DNA of 64,000 nucleotides from an uncultured Verrucomicrobia subdivision 3 bacterium (GCA_903842235.1 CAIMLG010000162.1:3115-67114), one strand, 5' to 3'. Shown: positions 28,086 to 38,079, counted from the stretch's first letter. Numbers and translations are program-made. Notes: generated from the letters alone by a model not told the origin.

Positions 28086-28951
28086 AGGATCCGGAAAACA
28101 AATTCATTCTGCTGACGCGCCTGTTGGAAATTGGCACGGTGGCGCGCTCTGCTTGTAGCCGCGAATTTATCGCCGCGCTCGCGCCGCTGTTGGATTCCGG
28201 CGTCGTCACGGAAGACAAGTCCGGGGCTGGCCGCCGTCTGGTGGTTCGGAATCCCACGGCGTTGCAGGCTTTTATCCGGCATCACTTCCCGGATGTTCTT
28301 GTGCCGGCGGGCACTTCCAGCCGCGTCGCGGGCGTCTCCCGCTTTCGGGATACCAAATCGGTTGCGAGCGACCTGCCGGAAATCGTCACCGTCCGCACGT
28401 GGCGGGAAGAAGCGTTGCGTTCCGATGGTAATTCCATCGGTGCGGCCACGGCCACCGCCGCGCATGGCGTTTTTTCCTTTTTGCTCGCCGATCCCGCACG
28501 CTTTACCTTGCACGGCCCTTGTGCCCTCGTGGAAAACCCGGCGGTTTTCACGCAGCTTGAACAGTTGCAGTTGCCGCCGAGTCTCGCTCTCTATGGCCAC
28601 GGACGATCCTCCAATCGGCTGCTCGATTGGCTTGCGACCCAGACTGCGCCGGATTTCCAGTTGCTCCATCTTCCGGATTATGACCCGGTGGGATTGGACG
28701 AGTTCAGCCGGCTGCGGGCGCGGCTTGGCCCGCGCGTGCAGCTCTATTTGCCGGAAAATCTGGCCGCATTATTTGCCCGCCACGGTAACGGCGACTTGCT
28801 GCAAAAATCCAGCACTCGGTCGCTCCTGGCAAAAATGCGCCAGAGCCAGATCGCCGAGGTTCGCACCGTGCTCGCCTTGATCGAAAGACACAATGCAGGT
28901 TTGGAACAGGAGGCGTTGCTCATCAACCAGACGCTAAAGGATTCGCAATGA
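28082..28951 (+). CDS. jetD: Wadjet JetD / MksG-like Toprim nuclease (short form)
   Basis: CALVENPAVFTQL (Toprim Glu, ENxxxF), LHLPDYDPVGLDEF (DxD) and the terminal GLEQEAL match the DUF2220-type JetD C-terminal domain. At 289 aa it lacks most of the usual N-terminal domain. Confidence 0.7.
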   Translation: MKDPENKFILLTRLLEIGTVARSACSREFIAALAPLLDSGVVTEDKSGAGRRLVVRNPTALQAFIRHHFPDVLVPAGTSSRVAGVSRFRDTKSVASDLPEIVTVRTWREEALRSDGNSIGAATATAAHGVFSFLLADPARFTLHGPCALVENPAVFTQLEQLQLPPSLALYGHGRSSNRLLDWLATQTAPDFQLLHLPDYDPVGLDEFSRLRARLGPRVQLYLPENLAALFARHGNGDLLQKSSTRSLLAKMRQSQIAEVRTVLALIERHNAGLEQEALLINQTLKDSQ

Positions 28952-30270
28952 TGGAAACGTTCTTAACCGCCTTTGATCCCTCCGATTTGCCCGGAACCAG
29001 TATTGATCCACTTGGTTTTGAAAGAGGCTACTTGTTTCTGGCGGATAAGATTCTTCCCGGTTTGACCAATGTTGCTTCCCGGCCGCGTTACTTCGCGCTT
29101 CTGTGCGCCGGCATCCAGTTGAGCGGCGATCAGGATTCTCGTTCGGAGCGCGAGCAGGTTGCCCATCGGCAGGAAACCATTCTGCGTTTGGAACGATTCT
29201 GGGCGCTCGCCAATGTGCTTGCGCGACCGGATAAAAGTGGCGGCGTGCGCGGCGTTACCTATGCGCAGGATTATGTTAAGGAATTGCTGCGGCGCGGGGA
29301 TAAACGCACCACTGCCGGCTACCGGTTGCTCTCTCGGCAGTCCCAGTATGGTGGCATCGGCATGTATGCCAATGTCGCCGATGGTATGCACTTTTTTAAC
29401 CGGGAAGATTTCATTCTCACCCCGGCTCTGGGCGAAGTCGCTGCGGAAGCGTTTTTGGCAGAAACCGGATTGCCCGGCTCAATTCGCCGGGCAGTCATTG
29501 ACGATACGGATGTCCCGTTGGCAACTCTGGCGGATTGGGGGGAACGCGCTCACGTCGAAGCCGAGGTGAAACCGCGCGAGGCGGCTTGTCTGGATGAAGC
29601 CTTGCACTACAACGATGTCCGGTCGCGCATGACCGGATTGCTCCGCGATCATCCGGCCAGGAGCGCCGAGGAAACAGAATTGGAACGGCTCGCCCGGACC
29701 TTGCGCACGCTGAAGCGCAACGGCCAGCATCAGGATCTGCAGGAAGGGATTGAATGCATCCTTGCGTTCGAATCCTGTTATCAGCATGTGCTGCTTTCGC
29801 TCGAACGGATTCTCTGGCTCTGCCGCCATCACGCGGCCGCCTCTATCACGCTTGCGGAGTTGGCCAACGATCCCGTGATGTTATTGGTGAAAACCAATCT
29901 GCCCACTCGCGTTCAACGCCTGCTCGATGTCCTCGATCACGGCACCATGCCCGGTTTTCGCGAACATCTTGACCGCCTTTCCGACGTTCGCCGGTTCCTG
30001 GAAACCGCCAGTGGTTCCGTGCAGGACAATTCCGCGTTCGTCGATGCCGTCATATCCCGTCATGCCGACGTCCAGCACGGGAAATTTGACCGGGGCCGCC
30101 GCAAGATGCCGTGGCTGGAGCGTATCAATTCACGACTGCAACTCACCATGACCCGGTCGGGTGGCATGAATCGGGAAGCCACCGACCCGTCACATATCAA
30201 TCCCCATCCGTATCGGCTTGGGGCCGCGGATGCTTTCATTTCGGCGTCTAAGAAGGGCATGGCATCATGA
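28948..30270 (+). CDS. hypothetical 440-aa protein, no recognisable domain
   Basis: Uninterrupted ORF with ATGA overlaps at both ends (with the jetD stop and the PLD start). Composition is like its neighbours. The N-terminus is FDPSDLPGTSIDPLGFERGYLFLADKILPGLTNVASRPRYFALLCAGI. No catalytic motif was identified by eye. Confidence 0.7.
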   Translation: MMETFLTAFDPSDLPGTSIDPLGFERGYLFLADKILPGLTNVASRPRYFALLCAGIQLSGDQDSRSEREQVAHRQETILRLERFWALANVLARPDKSGGVRGVTYAQDYVKELLRRGDKRTTAGYRLLSRQSQYGGIGMYANVADGMHFFNREDFILTPALGEVAAEAFLAETGLPGSIRRAVIDDTDVPLATLADWGERAHVEAEVKPREAACLDEALHYNDVRSRMTGLLRDHPARSAEETELERLARTLRTLKRNGQHQDLQEGIECILAFESCYQHVLLSLERILWLCRHHAAASITLAELANDPVMLLVKTNLPTRVQRLLDVLDHGTMPGFREHLDRLSDVRRFLETASGSVQDNSAFVDAVISRHADVQHGKFDRGRRKMPWLERINSRLQLTMTRSGGMNREATDPSHINPHPYRLGAADAFISASKKGMAS

Positions 30271-32381
30271 AGGATAATCAGGACATCAGCTCACGCAAGT
30301 TGATCGACCGCTTGGTTCCTGATCCGCATTGGGGTGCCATGCAAGGCTTGCTCGCCACCACCTTTGACCTCCGTCCGGAATTTCTGGAGACGGATTTTTT
30401 GCCCTCCGTTTTCGGTCTTGGCGCGTGGGATGACCAGAGTTGGGCCACCCGTATAGCGCTGGAGAAACGTCTTTTTGAACTCGACGCGGCGGTCATTCTC
30501 GCCGAAGCCCGACGCTACCGGGGGCGCCCGCGCTCGCTCCGCTTGGACGTGCGCCCCGCAGTCAGCCCGCGTGGTTCCGTGCTCCATGCCAAGGTCACTC
30601 TCCTTTTATTTGAGCGCGCCGTGCGTTTGATTGTGGGTAGCGCCAACCTCACGAAGCAGGGTTATCGCGAAAATCGTGAAGTCATCGCCGTCCTCACGGC
30701 CACTCAAAAATCCAAAAAAGAGGCCGCGCTCATCACTCAGGGATTGACGGGCATGGAGTCGGCTTTGTCCTCCTGGCTCACGCCGGAGGCTCGCCAGCTG
30801 ATTCGCCGTTCCATCGCGACTGTGCAGCCCTGGCTTACCGGCAATCCTGACCCCGATACAGCCTTTGTCTGGTCCAACGGACAAACCCGTTTGTGGCGTG
30901 AGTTTGTCGGGCGCTGGCCCGTCGGCGAGCCGGTCAAACGCATCTCCATCATCTCGCCTTTTTGGTCTCAGGACGCCAGCCTGACGCTGGCAACGTTTTT
31001 GACCGAGCTCAAAAAGGTCGGGCCGCTTGCCTCCGAAGCCGAAGTCCGTCTGCTGACTGATGCCTTCAAAAATCCCAATGGCGAACTCATCCCGGTTCTG
31101 CCGGCGGCTTACGCCACCCAAGATTGGCAGGCCCTTGGCGTCAAGGCCACCGCCCAGCCGGTGAACCCCGAGGTTCACCCGGAGGAATTGGGTGGCATGG
31201 AAGGTTTCACTGCCACGCGCGCACTCCATGCCAAAGTGGTGTTGGTCGAGGGCACTCGCACTGGTTTGGCCTACCTCGGTTCGGGTAACTTTACTGGACA
31301 TGGCTGGGGTTTTATTCCCGGCGCAGACAACGCGAACACGGAGGCCGGGGTGATACTGCGCCGATCCCTTCAAAGTTCTGACTTTGATCACGTGCTGCCT
31401 GATTTGGTCGGCCAGCCCATTTTGCTGTCGCACGCCAACATTCACAGTCTGCAAGCGCCGGAAATGGGGCCGGCCGATGAGCCTTGGCCTGAGTTTATCC
31501 GGCAGGTTCTCCTCGCGCCCGTTACGGCCGATGAAAACAAATTGGAACTTCGCATCGAAACGGCCGCTGATGGGGCCGGATTTCTTTGGTCTGCCTGCCT
31601 TCTGTCTAATGACGGCGTTCCGGGTGAAACCCTCGTTCCTCTCGAACAAACCCAGGACGCAACCAAGACCAGTTTCACCGTTTCGCTATCGGACTTGGTT
31701 CTCACCCGCTTGCTTACCGAGCAGGAAATTCAGATTTGCTGGCCGGATTGTCCGGCGGGTCGGCCGTTTCCTCTGAATGTGGAAGCCTCCGCTCGCGCCA
31801 GTCTTCCGATCTCGCCCGGCAAACAGACCATTGAGGAAATTCATCTGATTTCCTACTACCAAGGCCGGATTGCCTGGGAGCAACTCTTTCCTGACCCGGA
31901 GGCTGGCGGACCATCGGGCGACCAGACTGCCATCACCCCCGCGCCTGCCTCCGGCGTGGATAAGTCGCGTATCCAGTCCTATCAAATCCGTGAATTTGTC
32001 GAGGCGCTGGCCGGTTTGAATCAGGACCTGCGGTCAGCAACCCAATCCGAACCCGCCATGCGCTTGGCTTTGCTCGGCCCGGTCAGTCCCTTCGCGCTGG
32101 CTCAAACGATTATCGACGCCGTCGAAGCGGGACGCCGCACCCCCACCGCCGCTGGTTTCCAGTTGGTCGAAATTCTCGCCTGCCTCCAATCGGCGCGATC
32201 ACATTCGGTTCCCGAACGGTTGGCCGATGTCTGGCGGCAGCACCTTCAGCAGGTGCAGGGTAAAATTTCTCGCCTGTTGGAAAAACTGATCGCGGATCAT
32301 TCCGCTTTGTTCACGTCCAACCGTTCATTCGGGCGCTACCGGAAGGCCGTCTTCAACGGTGAAACGACCCTCCCATCATGA
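30267..32381 (+). CDS. phospholipase D-family (two HKD motifs) nuclease-like protein with ~300-aa C-terminal extension
   Basis: VLHAKVTLLLFERAVRLIVGSANLTKQG and ALHAKVVLVEGTRTGLAYLGSGNFTGHG are two HxK...GSxN motifs. Confidence 0.8.
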   Translation: MKDNQDISSRKLIDRLVPDPHWGAMQGLLATTFDLRPEFLETDFLPSVFGLGAWDDQSWATRIALEKRLFELDAAVILAEARRYRGRPRSLRLDVRPAVSPRGSVLHAKVTLLLFERAVRLIVGSANLTKQGYRENREVIAVLTATQKSKKEAALITQGLTGMESALSSWLTPEARQLIRRSIATVQPWLTGNPDPDTAFVWSNGQTRLWREFVGRWPVGEPVKRISIISPFWSQDASLTLATFLTELKKVGPLASEAEVRLLTDAFKNPNGELIPVLPAAYATQDWQALGVKATAQPVNPEVHPEELGGMEGFTATRALHAKVVLVEGTRTGLAYLGSGNFTGHGWGFIPGADNANTEAGVILRRSLQSSDFDHVLPDLVGQPILLSHANIHSLQAPEMGPADEPWPEFIRQVLLAPVTADENKLELRIETAADGAGFLWSACLLSNDGVPGETLVPLEQTQDATKTSFTVSLSDLVLTRLLTEQEIQICWPDCPAGRPFPLNVEASARASLPISPGKQTIEEIHLISYYQGRIAWEQLFPDPEAGGPSGDQTAITPAPASGVDKSRIQSYQIREFVEALAGLNQDLRSATQSEPAMRLALLGPVSPFALAQTIIDAVEAGRRTPTAAGFQLVEILACLQSARSHSVPERLADVWRQHLQQVQGKISRLLEKLIADHSALFTSNRSFGRYRKAVFNGETTLPS

Positions 32382-35300
32382 TTACTCCCTCGGCAGATTT
32401 TGATCTGGGTCGCGACAACCGCATGAAGGAACGTCCCGAAGACGCCCGCCGCCAGTGGCGCACGGTCGAGGTGATCTTGGAGCGGTTTTTCCATCCCCGG
32501 TCCGGCCAGCGGTTCGAAATTCAAATCCTGGCAGATGAAGTCGGCATGGGTAAAACCTTTGTCGCCCTGGGGTTGGCCTATTCCATCTTGGCCCACCTGA
32601 AACAATCTCGCACCGAGCCGGATCTGGATGGCTGCTATCAGCGAGTGTTGGTTCTTACCCCAAACAATCACGCCCTCTATCGCAAATGGGTTCGCGAGGT
32701 CTCCGAATTCAAGCGCCGCTGCGTTCCTCCTGAAAGTCAATCCGCGGATATTTACTTTGCCCCGCTGGCGGTGGATCGCTTGGATGATTTGGCGGTCGCC
32801 CTCCGTAAACCCGGCCGGCAACCCCAGGTCATCGTCGCGCGCATGGGGTTGTTCGGCGGTGATAAATTGCTCGATTATGAACTCAAGCGCCGCTTCACCC
32901 TCGGTGTCCTGTTCCGGTATTGGAGCAATCGGTTCAATAATGAAAACCGCCACCGTCTGCTCAAGGGCGCTCCAGAGGGCTGGCCGTCCCGTCCAGAAGG
33001 ACTCACGGATTTGACGGAGGACGAAGCCGGACGGCTGCCTTTCACCGAGGATGAATTCTTGGCCATCCTCAACCGGCTCACGGGCAAGGACACCCCCGAC
33101 CTGGAATCTCTTTTGGAGACTTGCCGCGAAGTCGCCGTTCCGTTTTTTCGTAACCGGGAGGATGCTTTCCGTAAAATTGGATACAAGCTCATCAATATTT
33201 ATCGCCTCGCCACGCTTCGCAGTATCCAGCGTGATTTCCCGTTGCTCATTGTGGACGAGGCTCACAACTGGAAAAACGGCCCGCAGTTGGGAGCCAACGG
33301 ATTTTTCGAGTTCAGGGATTTTATCGCCCCGCACGTTCGCCGCGCCCTGTTGCTCACGGCCACGCCGTTCCAACTGCGTCCGGAGGAAATGCTGGAAATC
33401 CTGAAGGTATCCGATGCCATGCAGCCATGTCCCACCCAGGCTGAATCTTCGGTCCGGGTCGGGCGTCTGGAAAAATTCCGCGAACAAATCATCCGGCCCG
33501 TGCTCGCCAACGCGGAAAGTCACAGCCGCCATTTTAGCCGCGCTTGGGTTCGGATTCCCCGCCGTGTCGCGGCCCCGGCCCTCGACGAGGGGTGGAACTC
33601 GCCCGGTTTGACCATCGCGCGGGAAAAGATTGTCACGCTCGCAAATCTCGATGGTGTCATCACCGATCATGGCGCGGATTTGGCTAAAATAATTTCCGGC
33701 GCGGTCGCGGGCATCGACCCGGACATTCGCCAGTTTCTCCGGGAAGCCCTTTACCTCTTCGCCTATAACGCCGACCTGTCCCGGGAGCTTGGTAAACTGG
33801 TGATCCGCCATCGTCGCCAGACGGACCACCGTCTTTTCCTCATCGGGGCTGAATATGGCCCGCCCTTGCCGGGCACGCTGGCTCGTCCGGATGGACACAT
33901 ACTTCATGCCGCCCCCGGCTTGGACATTCGCGGTGAGGCGGAACTTCCTCAATACCTGCTCATGCGTTGCGTGTCCGAGATGAAAGGCGGCAAAGGCCGG
34001 TCATCACTTGGCAGCGACCTCACGGGCTGCTACTCGACCCTGCACGAAAGCGCCGAGGGTCGTCGCGTTCAGCAATCTTTGGGTGACGCTCATGATGCCC
34101 GGCGTTACCTCGAAATCCTGTTTGATCTGGTGAATGAACGCCACGACCCGCGCCACCCGAAACTTTCCGCCGTGGTGGATGAATGTCTGCGCCATTGGCA
34201 GGCCGGTGAAAAAGTCCTGATTTTTTGTTTCCGCACCAACACTGCAGAGCGGCTCCATGAAATTCTCAGTGACCGCATTCGCGACGAATTGGCGGCGGGC
34301 AAAAAAAAGTGTCTCGGCGGCGAGGGCCAGCTCAAAACCTTGCGTGCCCGTCTCACCAGTCGCGACCGCGATCTGGTCGGCCTCGGTCTGGACCGCTTGC
34401 TTTGGTCGGTGCTGTGGACTCGCGACCAGAGTTGCCCATTCACCCCGGATCAATTCTTTTTAGCGGACGACGAACTCGCGGAACTCGCCCGGCTCTCCCT
34501 TAAATTTGGTATCGAGGTAAGCGGGGAACGGGTGGATCGCGTGTTCCTGTATCGCGCCACGGAACACATTCTCGCCCGCCGTTTTCTAAAGGTGGGCGTG
34601 CCGCATAAATCGCTGGAACAGTTGCTCACCAGTATGGCTGCCCTTGATTGGATTGCCAATGCCTACGGCCTGACGCATGAAGGCGAGGAAGACGAGGAAA
34701 GCGACGAAAGCATCTCCCTGCGGGGTTGCCATACCAATTATCCTCCCGGCGACATCGATCCGTCTGCCGCCAAAATCACGACGTTGGCAGACGAACTGCG
34801 GGCCACTCGGCTGCGGGCGCGCGGGCAAAAACAAATTCCAATTCTCGACTCCTACGCCTTGTCCCCCAGTCTTTGGCTCGGAGCTGACCCGCAACGTGTT
34901 TGGTTGGCGATGGGCACCGATGGCAACGCCGCCACGTTGCGCGGGATCCACCAGTTTCTCTGGCAATTGACGGTGCCGGATACGCACGCGTCAGACGACG
35001 CCAACGCAACCGAAGTGGACGGCGTGGATTTTTTCACCCGCGCGCTGGTGCTGCAGGCGCTCCGGCGGGCTGTGCTCCGGGATTCCGTTCTGCTCCGTCT
35101 TTTACCGCAAAACGGCGATCTCCACGAATCCGGCTGGGGCGAATTGCTCGCGGCCCGTTTCTTTGATCATCTCCCGAACCAGCACGAAAGCATGGCCCAG
35201 CGCATTGTCGTGTTTTTGGAAGATATGAAAGCTTCCAGCGGACACATCGCCAATCCCGATTCGGCCCGGGGCGCGCTCCATCAGGCCACTCTTCTGCGGG

Positions 35301-35833
35301 ACCAGCAGTTTGTCGCGCTGGTGAACGGCAGCACCAAGGCGGCCACCCGTGACCGCATCTTCAGCGGTTTCAATACCCCGCTGCTCCCGGAAGTGCTGGT
35401 TTGCACGTCGGTCGGTCAGGAGGGCATAGACCTGCACCGCCATTGCCGCCAGGTGGTGCATTACGATCTGGCGTGGAATCCGGCCGTGCTCGAACAGCGC
35501 ACCGGCCGCGCCGACCGGATTGGCAGCAAAACGTTTCGCGAACGCGATGCCGCCGCCGGCACCGCCAAAGTTTGCCTCGAAATTGGCGTGCCATTTCTCG
35601 CCGGCACCTACGATGAGCGCATGTATGAGGAACTTCGTTTGCGTGCCCAGACGTTTGAAGTGCTCACCGGCGGCGAATTTGCCGCCGACCACGCCGATGG
35701 CCAGGAAGAACCCATTTCGGCGTCGGGCGAAAAGCTTGGCAGTGCCGTTTTACCGCTCCCGCCGCCGATGATTGAGCATTTGCGCGTAAAACTTCAGGTG
35801 TGGGATGCACCGCTCGCGCCAGTTCCCAAATGA
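32378..35833 (+). CDS. SNF2-family helicase/translocase
   Basis: ILADEVGMGKTFVALGLA (motif I), LLIVDEAHNWKN (DEAH box), LLLTATPFQLRPEEMLEIL (motif III), TSVGQEGIDLHRHCRQVVHYDLAWNPAVLEQRTGRADRIGS (motifs V-VI). Confidence 0.85.
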   Translation: MITPSADFDLGRDNRMKERPEDARRQWRTVEVILERFFHPRSGQRFEIQILADEVGMGKTFVALGLAYSILAHLKQSRTEPDLDGCYQRVLVLTPNNHALYRKWVREVSEFKRRCVPPESQSADIYFAPLAVDRLDDLAVALRKPGRQPQVIVARMGLFGGDKLLDYELKRRFTLGVLFRYWSNRFNNENRHRLLKGAPEGWPSRPEGLTDLTEDEAGRLPFTEDEFLAILNRLTGKDTPDLESLLETCREVAVPFFRNREDAFRKIGYKLINIYRLATLRSIQRDFPLLIVDEAHNWKNGPQLGANGFFEFRDFIAPHVRRALLLTATPFQLRPEEMLEILKVSDAMQPCPTQAESSVRVGRLEKFREQIIRPVLANAESHSRHFSRAWVRIPRRVAAPALDEGWNSPGLTIAREKIVTLANLDGVITDHGADLAKIISGAVAGIDPDIRQFLREALYLFAYNADLSRELGKLVIRHRRQTDHRLFLIGAEYGPPLPGTLARPDGHILHAAPGLDIRGEAELPQYLLMRCVSEMKGGKGRSSLGSDLTGCYSTLHESAEGRRVQQSLGDAHDARRYLEILFDLVNERHDPRHPKLSAVVDECLRHWQAGEKVLIFCFRTNTAERLHEILSDRIRDELAAGKKKCLGGEGQLKTLRARLTSRDRDLVGLGLDRLLWSVLWTRDQSCPFTPDQFFLADDELAELARLSLKFGIEVSGERVDRVFLYRATEHILARRFLKVGVPHKSLEQLLTSMAALDWIANAYGLTHEGEEDEESDESISLRGCHTNYPPGDIDPSAAKITTLADELRATRLRARGQKQIPILDSYALSPSLWLGADPQRVWLAMGTDGNAATLRGIHQFLWQLTVPDTHASDDANATEVDGVDFFTRALVLQALRRAVLRDSVLLRLLPQNGDLHESGWGELLAARFFDHLPNQHESMAQRIVVFLEDMKASSGHIANPDSARGALHQATLLRDQQFVALVNGSTKAATRDRIFSGFNTPLLPEVLVCTSVGQEGIDLHRHCRQVVHYDLAWNPAVLEQRTGRADRIGSKTFRERDAAAGTAKVCLEIGVPFLAGTYDERMYEELRLRAQTFEVLTGGEFAADHADGQEEPISASGEKLGSAVLPLPPPMIEHLRVKLQVWDAPLAPVPK

Positions 35834-36014
35834 ATCGCCTGCCATCGCGTAAATACCGCCATCCTCCAAACCATTGAACAATCCACGCCCAGTGTCCGGA
35901 AGCATCCGAATATCTGGACCAGCACATGGTTTTCGACCCTGTAAAAGAAACCGTGTGCTTCACCGGCGACGACCGTCTCACAACGAGCCTCCAGACGCCA
36001 CCACGTTTGCCGCC

Positions 36015-38069
36015 TTACACCAACCCCATCGCCATCATGGCCGCACGTGTCGGGCTGTCATAAAACTGCCATTGAATGGCGGTAAGGATCGCATCCGGCA
36101 CTTCCGCGAGGTCGCGTTTGTTCTCGCTGGGAATCAAAATGCGTTTGGCTCCAGCCTCCACGGCCAACTGCATCCGTTCCGGCAACGACGTCACCCGCAG
36201 CAGCAACCCTTGAACGCTCATTTCCCCCAACACCACGGTTCGTTCCAGAACCGGCTTTTCCAGAATGGAGGACACTAGCGAGATGAAAAAGGCGACCGCC
36301 GTCTCCGCGCCTTCTTTGGCTTGGTTCAGGTTGATGGCCTGCAAATTGAAATCGTAGCTATCCATATCCTTGGTGATGCCTAGCGTCTTGAGATTGGCCC
36401 GCAGATAGGCATCAGCTGTTTTGATCGCTTCTTTCATCCCCTTCGAAAGATTTCCCAGCGGAATGATTCGACCTGAACCCGGATTGGCTTGCGCCTGGAG
36501 CCGGAATAGCGCGAGGCGATTGTCGCTCGCATCCGTGCCAATGGTGTAAATGCTGCCTGGCGCCAGTGCGCCTTCGGAAATGAGACTGCCGCCGCCGAGC
36601 TCGGGCACCCGGACGAAGGTCTCCTGGCCATTCTCCAAATCGAAGTAGGAAAAACTCGTGTTCCAATATTCCAATCCGCCCATCTTCTTGAGCTGTTCCT
36701 TTACACGGCGGCGCATTTCCATCGCGTATTCCACATATTCCCGGAGCTCTTCCTTCGTCACTTCGCCGTCGGGATGCAGCAGCTTGATCAGGCCGGAGAT
36801 GATTTTTCGCACGGCCTTTTGATCGCGGCCCCCGAGGTGCGAACCAAACTTGAAATACCGTTCCGCATAATCCACGTAACTCGACTTGCGCAGTTCGCGA
36901 AACACTTCCGCCAGATAATCCGTCACCAAGCCAAAATGATTCGTGTAGGCGTCATCGTGTGTTTTCTGAAATTCCCAGCCGGGGATGTAGGCATGAATCC
37001 GGTCGTAGAACGCCGTGTCCATTTCCTTGGGCATCGGGTAGAACAGATGCGACGTGCGCAGGATGGTCGAAATCTCGCCGTCAATATTCCCCACGAATAC
37101 CACCGAACCTTCGGCCTGGATGATGTCGCGCCCACGGCTGAACGCGCCGTCTTCCATGTAGCCCTTCATGATGTTGATTCCGCTCTTGTCGGAAAAATCA
37201 ATGCCGGCCGCTTCGTCAAAGGCCACCACATCCCAGAGGCAGACTAGTCCGCGCTGGCCCGAGGCCAGATTTACAAACATCTGCGCCGTGGTCGTCTGGC
37301 CGCCGGACACCAGATGGCAATACGGGCTCATTTGCTGATACACAAAGCTCTTGCCCGTGCCGCGCGGCCCCAATTCCACCGAGTTGAAATTTTTTTCCAC
37401 GAACGGCACCAGGCGCAGCAGGCAATGCAGCTTCCGGCGCTTGGTGTAATACGGATGATTTGGCTCGTAACCCATCGTGCGCATCAGGAAGTCCATCCAC
37501 TGGTCCCGCGTGAATCGCTTCCGGGCGGCCTTGTATCCATCCATGTTCCGGTTGGAGAGTTGGATGGGCCGGATCTTATCAATGAAAAATGGCCGGTTTT
37601 GTCCTTTGAAAATGAACGAGTCATCGTAACGCAGCGACACCTCGGCCCAGACGCCACCCATCAATAGCCGGTCATGCTCATGCACGGCCTTGTCGTCAAT
37701 GTTGATGTAGTCCAGGTTCAAATTCGACAGGCTGGCCCAATACTTGTCGTGCGTTTCCACCAGCTTCGCGGACACCTTGTCGATGACTTCGTAGGTCGTA
37801 TGCTGCTTGATGGCTGATTTCACCGATTCCCGCTCGTCCGGTTTTACGTATTTTGCCGACAACGTCTCGCGCACAAACTCCAGCCCCTCGTTGATGGCCG
37901 TCTCGTCGGTGGAGGCGCAATATTTTCCCAGCAAAAATTCAATCACAAAGGCCGGCACGCCAAACGACGACCGCATTCGCCGCAGCAGGTCTTTACGCAC
38001 CACCAGACCCGGGAAAGCTTCGATCGCCAGCCGGTCCAGTTCATCCAGTTCAATCGTGTTCTTTTGCAT
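36015..38069 (-). CDS. brxL: BREX Lon-like protease/ATPase BrxL
   Basis: N-terminus LDRLAIEAFPGLVVRKDLLRRMRSSFGVPAFVIEFLLGKYC, Walker A GPRGTGKSF, Lon-protease-like C-terminus VVLGEMSVQGLLLRV...AGAKRILIPSENKRDL. It is the last gene of the BREX operon. Confidence 0.9.
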   Translation of the reverse strand: MQKNTIELDELDRLAIEAFPGLVVRKDLLRRMRSSFGVPAFVIEFLLGKYCASTDETAINEGLEFVRETLSAKYVKPDERESVKSAIKQHTTYEVIDKVSAKLVETHDKYWASLSNLNLDYINIDDKAVHEHDRLLMGGVWAEVSLRYDDSFIFKGQNRPFFIDKIRPIQLSNRNMDGYKAARKRFTRDQWMDFLMRTMGYEPNHPYYTKRRKLHCLLRLVPFVEKNFNSVELGPRGTGKSFVYQQMSPYCHLVSGGQTTTAQMFVNLASGQRGLVCLWDVVAFDEAAGIDFSDKSGINIMKGYMEDGAFSRGRDIIQAEGSVVFVGNIDGEISTILRTSHLFYPMPKEMDTAFYDRIHAYIPGWEFQKTHDDAYTNHFGLVTDYLAEVFRELRKSSYVDYAERYFKFGSHLGGRDQKAVRKIISGLIKLLHPDGEVTKEELREYVEYAMEMRRRVKEQLKKMGGLEYWNTSFSYFDLENGQETFVRVPELGGGSLISEGALAPGSIYTIGTDASDNRLALFRLQAQANPGSGRIIPLGNLSKGMKEAIKTADAYLRANLKTLGITKDMDSYDFNLQAINLNQAKEGAETAVAFFISLVSSILEKPVLERTVVLGEMSVQGLLLRVTSLPERMQLAVEAGAKRILIPSENKRDLAEVPDAILTAIQWQFYDSPTRAAMMAMGLV

Positions 38070-38079
38070 AGGAAATAAA

